NCBI GenBank assembly: GCA_050250895.1
Contig: JBFWNU010000004.1
Span: forward strand, 238,934-302,933
Source of the DNA: Vulcanimicrobiota bacterium
GTDB lineage: Bacteria > Vulcanimicrobiota > Xenobia > Xenobiales > JADMJV01
Reading direction: 5' to 3'
Length of the DNA stretch: 64,000 nucleotides
Of this stretch, positions 59,131 to 64,000 are shown one piece after another. How positions within the stretch are numbered: position 1 is the first letter of the stretch; each line of letters begins with the position of its first letter. The notes below the pieces were generated by a model. That model was not told where the DNA came from, did not search any database, and saw nothing but the letters and a program-made list of their open reading frames with translations. The translations under genes were made by a program, and so were the position numbers.

Positions 59131-60360
59131 TTACTTCTCGTCGGGGCCATAGACCAGGCGCACGCCCCACTTCCAGGCCACATAGGCCCAGGCCCAGCGA
59201 GCCGTGACCAGCACCCGGTTCTGAAAATCGACGATGCGCAGCAGGTGGTGATAGAGCCAGGTGGCCCAACCGCGGGTGCCAGTGTAGTGGCGCCCGCCCA
59301 GCAGGGCCACCCCGCGGGTTCGCCCCACCGTGGCCATGATGCCCTCATCGTGATAGACGAAGGGCTCGGTGGCTTGCCCGGCCGCCAGGCGCACCAGGTT
59401 CTGACCGGCGTGACGCCCCTGCTGCATAGCCACCGGGGCCATGGCGGGCAAGCCGTCGAGGCTGGCCATGTCCCCCAGGCAGAAGACGCGCTCGGCCACC
59501 CGCAGATCGGGTCCGGTGAGGATCTGACCGCGAGCATTGGTGGCATATCCCAGCTTCCTGGCCAGGGGCACGCCCTCGATGCCGCCAGCCCAAACGACCG
59601 TATGGGCTTCGAGGGCCCGGTTGGTGGTGGTGAGCCCGCCGGGGCCGATCGAGGTCACCCGTTCGCCCAGCCAAACCTCGACGCCCAACGCTTCGAGGTC
59701 GCGCTGGGCGGCCCGGCAGAGGTCTTCGGGAAAGAAGCTGATCAAGCGGTCGCCCCCTTCGATGAGCACGATGCGCGCGTCTTGCGGGTCGATCGAGCGA
59801 AAATCCCAGCGCAGCACGTGGCTGCGCAACTCGGCGAAGGCTCCTGAAAGCTCGACGCCGGTGGGGCCGCCACCCACCACGGCGATGGTCATCAGGCGGC
59901 GGCGCAGTTCGGGGTCGCTGCTCTTCTCGGCCGACTCGAAGGCCAGCAAGACGCGCTTGCGAATAGCCAGGGCCTCTTCGATCGACTTGAGACCGTAGGC
60001 GTGCTCTGACCACTCGGGATGGCCAAAAAACGAGGTCTGGCCGCCCACCGCCAGCACCAGGTAATCATAGTCGAGACGCACCTCGCCGTCATCGAGCACG
60101 ACCTGGCGAGCCTCGGCGTCGTGACCGGTCATCTCGCCCATCAACACCCGCACGTTGGCCCGGTCGCGAAAGATGGCCCGCACCGGGCTGGCGATTTCAG
60201 AGGGGTTGAGCCCGGCCGAGGCGACCTGATAGAGCAAGGCCTGGAAGAGGTGATGGTTGCGCCGGTCCACCAGCGTAATCTGCCAGTCGGACGAGGTGGG
60301 CAGGACCCGCACCACGGCCAGACCCGCAAAGCCCGCCCCGATGACCACCACCCGCCTCAT
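59131..60360 (-). CDS. ndh: Type II NADH dehydrogenase-like FAD oxidoreductase
   Basis: GAGFAG, HHLFQALLYQVA, GGGPTGVE, APVAMQQG. Confidence 0.9.
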   Translation of the reverse strand: MRRVVVIGAGFAGLAVVRVLPTSSDWQITLVDRRNHHLFQALLYQVASAGLNPSEIASPVRAIFRDRANVRVLMGEMTGHDAEARQVVLDDGEVRLDYDYLVLAVGGQTSFFGHPEWSEHAYGLKSIEEALAIRKRVLLAFESAEKSSDPELRRRLMTIAVVGGGPTGVELSGAFAELRSHVLRWDFRSIDPQDARIVLIEGGDRLISFFPEDLCRAAQRDLEALGVEVWLGERVTSIGPGGLTTTNRALEAHTVVWAGGIEGVPLARKLGYATNARGQILTGPDLRVAERVFCLGDMASLDGLPAMAPVAMQQGRHAGQNLVRLAAGQATEPFVYHDEGIMATVGRTRGVALLGGRHYTGTRGWATWLYHHLLRIVDFQNRVLVTARWAWAYVAWKWGVRLVYGPDEK

Positions 60361-60535
60361 TGTGAACGCACGGTTAACCTTTTATGAACTGGGTTTAGGC
60401 AGGCGGCGACCAGGAAACGGAGAGGCATGAGTATCGTGCAGAAAAAGAAGAAGAGACCTGCTCGTCCACTTCTTGCCGGCAAGAAAAAGCCTGCACCCAG
60501 GCCCGGGGCCAAAGCCAAGCTCTGGCGGCTAGAGA

Positions 60536-61255
60536 TCACTCTTTAGCCCGGGCCGCTTCCCATTGAGCCAGAAAGGCCGCGACCGTCTCGGTCGACTGGC
60601 CTTCTGGCTCGAGGTCGGCCGGAAACGGCTTGTCTTCTCGCAAGCAAGCCAGCATCTCGGAAAGCCGGTTGGCGGCCACCGTCATCTCGGCCACCGAACG
60701 GTTGACCACGCTCTTGAGGTAGTTGAAAAAGACCACCGCGCCGATGGCCACAAATAGACCCATAGCGGTGGCTACCAGGGCTTCGGCGACGCCGGCCGAG
60801 ACCACTTCGACCCCGGCCTGGCCTTGCTTGGCCACATCCGAAAAGGTCTTCATGATGCCGACCACCGTACCGAAGAGGCCGATGAAGGGAGCGATGACGG
60901 CCACCGTGCCCAGGACGGGCAGGCCCCGCTCGAGCAGCAGCTTCTCTTCGGCCACCTGGTTGCCCATGGCCAACTCGAGGTCCTCAGAGCGGTCGTTGGG
61001 GCGATTGAGACCCACCACGTAGACCCGGCTCAGACTGCTCCCCAGCTGGGCCATGAACTGCCGGGCTGCTTCGAGCTTCTTCTGGACCAGCAGGTGATAG
61101 AGCTGGGCGTGCAGCCAGGCCGGCTCGAAGAGAGCGGTGCGATAAAAGCCGTGGCGCTCCCAGATGATGGCCACCATTCCCACCGAACACAGCAGCAGAG
61201 CCGCCAAAGTGGCAAAGCCCACGGGGGAAAGGTCGGATAGCACGCTCACGGGCAT
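60536..61255 (-). CDS. MotA/TolQ/ExbB proton channel family protein
   Basis: APFIGLFGTVVGIM...GVAEALVATAMGL. Confidence 0.9.
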   Translation of the reverse strand: MPVSVLSDLSPVGFATLAALLLCSVGMVAIIWERHGFYRTALFEPAWLHAQLYHLLVQKKLEAARQFMAQLGSSLSRVYVVGLNRPNDRSEDLELAMGNQVAEEKLLLERGLPVLGTVAVIAPFIGLFGTVVGIMKTFSDVAKQGQAGVEVVSAGVAEALVATAMGLFVAIGAVVFFNYLKSVVNRSVAEMTVAANRLSEMLACLREDKPFPADLEPEGQSTETVAAFLAQWEAARAKE

Positions 61256-61365
61256 TCCTTTCCCGTGGCCCTGGTTGGGTCCCTTCCCGCCTGTACACAA
61301 AACGGTAATAACAACTTCGCGGCGGCTGGCTATCGTAGGCCAAAGCACGCCAAGGAGAGTTAGAG

Positions 61366-62778
61366 TTGAACGTCACCCACGCCGCCCCGCGACCGCTGGT
61401 CGCCCGTAAGCCCGATCCCCTCGAGCCGCCTTCCATCGATAGCCGCGGCCAGCAGGCTTCGCCTCTCGAGCCCGACCCTTCGGGCTATCCCTACGAGACG
61501 TTCCCCGAAACCACCAATCCCCTCGACACCCACTGGGGTTTTGGCTGCTTCGAGAATCACTTCAACCAGATGCTCGAGCAGGCTGTGGTCGAGAAGTGGA
61601 GAGACCAGCAGAACCCTCTTCCTTCGCTGTTGTTCAAGTCGCTGATTGCGGCCGAGAGCGCCTTCGACCCGGTGGCCATCAGCCGCACCGGGGCGGCCGG
61701 CCTCACCCAGTTGACGCGGGGCACGGCCCAGGCTTTCGGTCTTTCCCTCACCCCCATTGACGAGCGCATGGTGCCGGCCAAAGCCCTCGGGGTCGGGGTG
61801 GCCGTGCTCGACGAAAAGTATACCGTGCTCAACAACCCACCGCTGGGCACCGATTGGGGCTCGAAAGTGGCCGAGAGCTACGAGAAATATGGTCGCCCCA
61901 GCGGACAAGCCATGTGGCAGCTAGCTCTGGCCGGCTACAACGGCGGCGCCAGTACGGTGATGCGAGCCATGGCCCGCGCCTATGACGCTGGCGTCGACCC
62001 CACCAGCTTCGCCAACCTGGTGGGCGACCGCAGCCAGCCCGAAAGCTCTTTCCTCTATCAGTCGGTCAAAGAGATCTACGGCGAGCACTCGGCCCTGTCG
62101 AAGTATCGCGAGATGGCCAACTATCCCGGCCGTGTGCTGGGCTATATGGATCGAGCCGAGCATCCGCTGCAGGGACTGAAGATCGTGGTTGACCCGGGCC
62201 ACGGTGGGCGCGACTCGGGCGCCGTCGGTCCCACCGGAAAACAAGAAAAGGACTGCACCCTGGGTATCTCGCTCAAACTGACCGAGAAGCTGCGTGGCCT
62301 GGGCGCCGAAGTGCGCATGACCCGCGAGACCGACCGCACCGTGGGCCCGCCCGATGGGTCCCATCGCGACGAACTGCAAGCGCGGGTCGACTTCGCCAAC
62401 AGCTGGCCGTCAAATCTGTTCGTCAGCGTCCACTGTAACTCTAACGAGAGCCCCAGCGCCCACGGCACCGAGGTCTACATTGCCCGGGGGGCCTCCCGGG
62501 CCTCGCAAGAGATGGCCCGCGAAATCCACCGCGACATGGTCGATCAGACCGGCCTGCGCGGTCGCGGAGTGAGCCGGGCCGACTTCTATGTCATCAAAAA
62601 CACCACCATGCCAGCAGTGCTCATCGAGACAGCCTTTATCTCCAATCCCACCGAAGAGGCCCTGCTGGCCGACAGCAACTTTCAGCAACGCACCGCTGAC
62701 TCGATCGCCTCGGGCCTGGTAAAGTTCCACCACGCTCAGACCGAAGAGTGCTGCCAGCCCGAGTTCCTGATGACTTAA
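61366..62778 (+). CDS. Lytic transglycosylase (SLT) fused to N-acetylmuramoyl-L-alanine amidase (Amidase_3)
   Basis: AESAFDP.A.S..GA.GL.Q, AGYNGG; DPGHGGRD, SVHCN, LIETAFISN; RBS AGGAG + TTG. Confidence 0.9.
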   Translation: MNVTHAAPRPLVARKPDPLEPPSIDSRGQQASPLEPDPSGYPYETFPETTNPLDTHWGFGCFENHFNQMLEQAVVEKWRDQQNPLPSLLFKSLIAAESAFDPVAISRTGAAGLTQLTRGTAQAFGLSLTPIDERMVPAKALGVGVAVLDEKYTVLNNPPLGTDWGSKVAESYEKYGRPSGQAMWQLALAGYNGGASTVMRAMARAYDAGVDPTSFANLVGDRSQPESSFLYQSVKEIYGEHSALSKYREMANYPGRVLGYMDRAEHPLQGLKIVVDPGHGGRDSGAVGPTGKQEKDCTLGISLKLTEKLRGLGAEVRMTRETDRTVGPPDGSHRDELQARVDFANSWPSNLFVSVHCNSNESPSAHGTEVYIARGASRASQEMAREIHRDMVDQTGLRGRGVSRADFYVIKNTTMPAVLIETAFISNPTEEALLADSNFQQRTADSIASGLVKFHHAQTEECCQPEFLMT

Positions 62779-62817
62779 GGCGGAAGGTCCGCCAATTCTC
62801 CGCACGAAAGGGAGAAT

Positions 62818-64000
62818 ATGGCCCCAGCCCCTAATCCCGTCTTCGATTTCCACCGCGAAGTCCTGGAAGGGGCTCCCCAAGCCATTCTGGTGGTGGATGA
62901 ACAGGGTGTGCTGCAGTTCGTGAACCGGGCTGCCGAGGGTCTGTTCGGCTACGAGACGCACGCGCTGGCTGGGCGCCCCGTGACCGACGTCCTTCCTCTT
63001 TGGTTCGGGCTTCCGCTGCGGGGGGTCGGTGACGATACCGTCGGTCGTGATGTGGACGGCGCCGAAGTCATGGTCCAGGTCAAGGTCCGTCTGCTGGCCA
63101 CCGCCCTTGGCCCGGTGGCTGTCGCCAGCCTGCGAGATGTCACTCGCGAACGGGCCCAGGTCCGAGACCTACGCTCTCAGCGCAAAGAGTTGCGGCAGCA
63201 GGTCAACGATCTCGACCAGGCTCGCGGTGCGGCGCAGTCGCAACTCAAGGCCGCAGCCCGCGTGCTGGAGAGCTATCTGCCCGAGCGACCGCCGCGGCCT
63301 CTGCCTATCGATGTCTATTGGGCCTTCGAACCGTGCGAGACCCTGGGTGGGGATATGCTCGTTTTTCATCCAATCGACGAGTATCGTTATATGCTCGGCG
63401 TCCTGGACGTGTCTGGCCACGGCCCCGCCGCCTCTTTGCTCTCGGTGAGCCTGGCCAAGAGCCTCTCGCCAGAACTGGGCCAGGGCGGTCTCGTGCGGGG
63501 GCGCGACGGCAATTTGCGCGCCCCCCACGAAGTCGTATCGCGACTCAATCGGGGCTTTCGAACGTTCTTCGAGGCGGGCCTCTTCGTCACTGCAATCTAT
63601 GGAATACTCGACCTGCCCAACCGGCGTCTGGACTATATCTGCGCGGGCCACCCCCATCCTCTGTTGCGGCGGCAGGGCCGGACATGCGCGGTGGCTGGTC
63701 CGATCGGCCCTCCCCTGGGGATCGAGCCCAAAGCCAGGTATCAGCCGACTTCGTTGGTACTGGTCGAGGGTGACCAATTGTTCTTCTACACCGACGGGGT
63801 CACCGAGACCCGCAGTCCTAACCGCGACTTCTTCGGAGAAGACGGCCTGGCTGCCAGGCTCACGGGTTCTGGGTCCGCCCCGGTCAAACAGGTCGTGGAC
63901 GGCCTGCTCCTGGAACTGGCCAACTTCCGCGGGGGCCAGGCGCCAACCGATGACGTGGCCATCCTGGCGTTCGGAGTGCCCTACCCGGAGCCAGAATCCC
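62818..64000 (+). CDS. PAS + SpoIIE/PP2C phosphatase (runs off the window)
   Basis: AILVVDEQG..FVNRAAEGLFGY; GGD, DVSGHG, AGHP, YTDGVTE, DDVA. Confidence 0.9.
   Translation, partial: MAPAPNPVFDFHREVLEGAPQAILVVDEQGVLQFVNRAAEGLFGYETHALAGRPVTDVLPLWFGLPLRGVGDDTVGRDVDGAEVMVQVKVRLLATALGPVAVASLRDVTRERAQVRDLRSQRKELRQQVNDLDQARGAAQSQLKAAARVLESYLPERPPRPLPIDVYWAFEPCETLGGDMLVFHPIDEYRYMLGVLDVSGHGPAASLLSVSLAKSLSPELGQGGLVRGRDGNLRAPHEVVSRLNRGFRTFFEAGLFVTAIYGILDLPNRRLDYICAGHPHPLLRRQGRTCAVAGPIGPPLGIEPKARYQPTSLVLVEGDQLFFYTDGVTETRSPNRDFFGEDGLAARLTGSGSAPVKQVVDGLLLELANFRGGQAPTDDVAILAFGVPYPEPES

Overview
High-GC bacterial chromosomal window with about 60 CDS and no rRNA, tRNA, CRISPR array or intact transposase/integrase that I can recognise. 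The gene style (many orphans with Pro/Ser/Thr-rich N-termini, glycine-zipper proteins, CHAT and kinase-WD40 proteins) suggests Eremiobacterota/Vulcanimicrobiota class Xenobia, but that is inference only. Housekeeping and metabolic genes include type II topoisomerase A and B subunits, a 5'-3' exonuclease, yjbQ, hutF, ndh, two P450s, peptidases and signalling proteins. Main points of interest: (1) a cupin/MetRS-like didomain hydrazine (N-N bond) synthetase translationally coupled to an acyl-CoA-dehydrogenase-fold flavoprotein instead of the usual N-hydroxylating monooxygenase; (2) an orphan PqqD/RRE domain fused to a twin-Arg-like segment and a 22-Cys peptide; (3) a 1.1 kb islet bounded by a perfect 60-bp duplication of the topoisomerase B 3' end and carrying a TA-like pair; (4) two low-GC orphan ORFs whose stop codons lie at the same position in a shared 43-bp trailer, like gene cassettes; (5) a modular hairpin repeat family with compensatory changes between convergent genes; (6) effector-like proteins, including a CarF-type desaturase and an SLT-amidase fusion, plus frequent leaderless gene starts. 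All family calls come from reading motifs by eye; no database searches were run.
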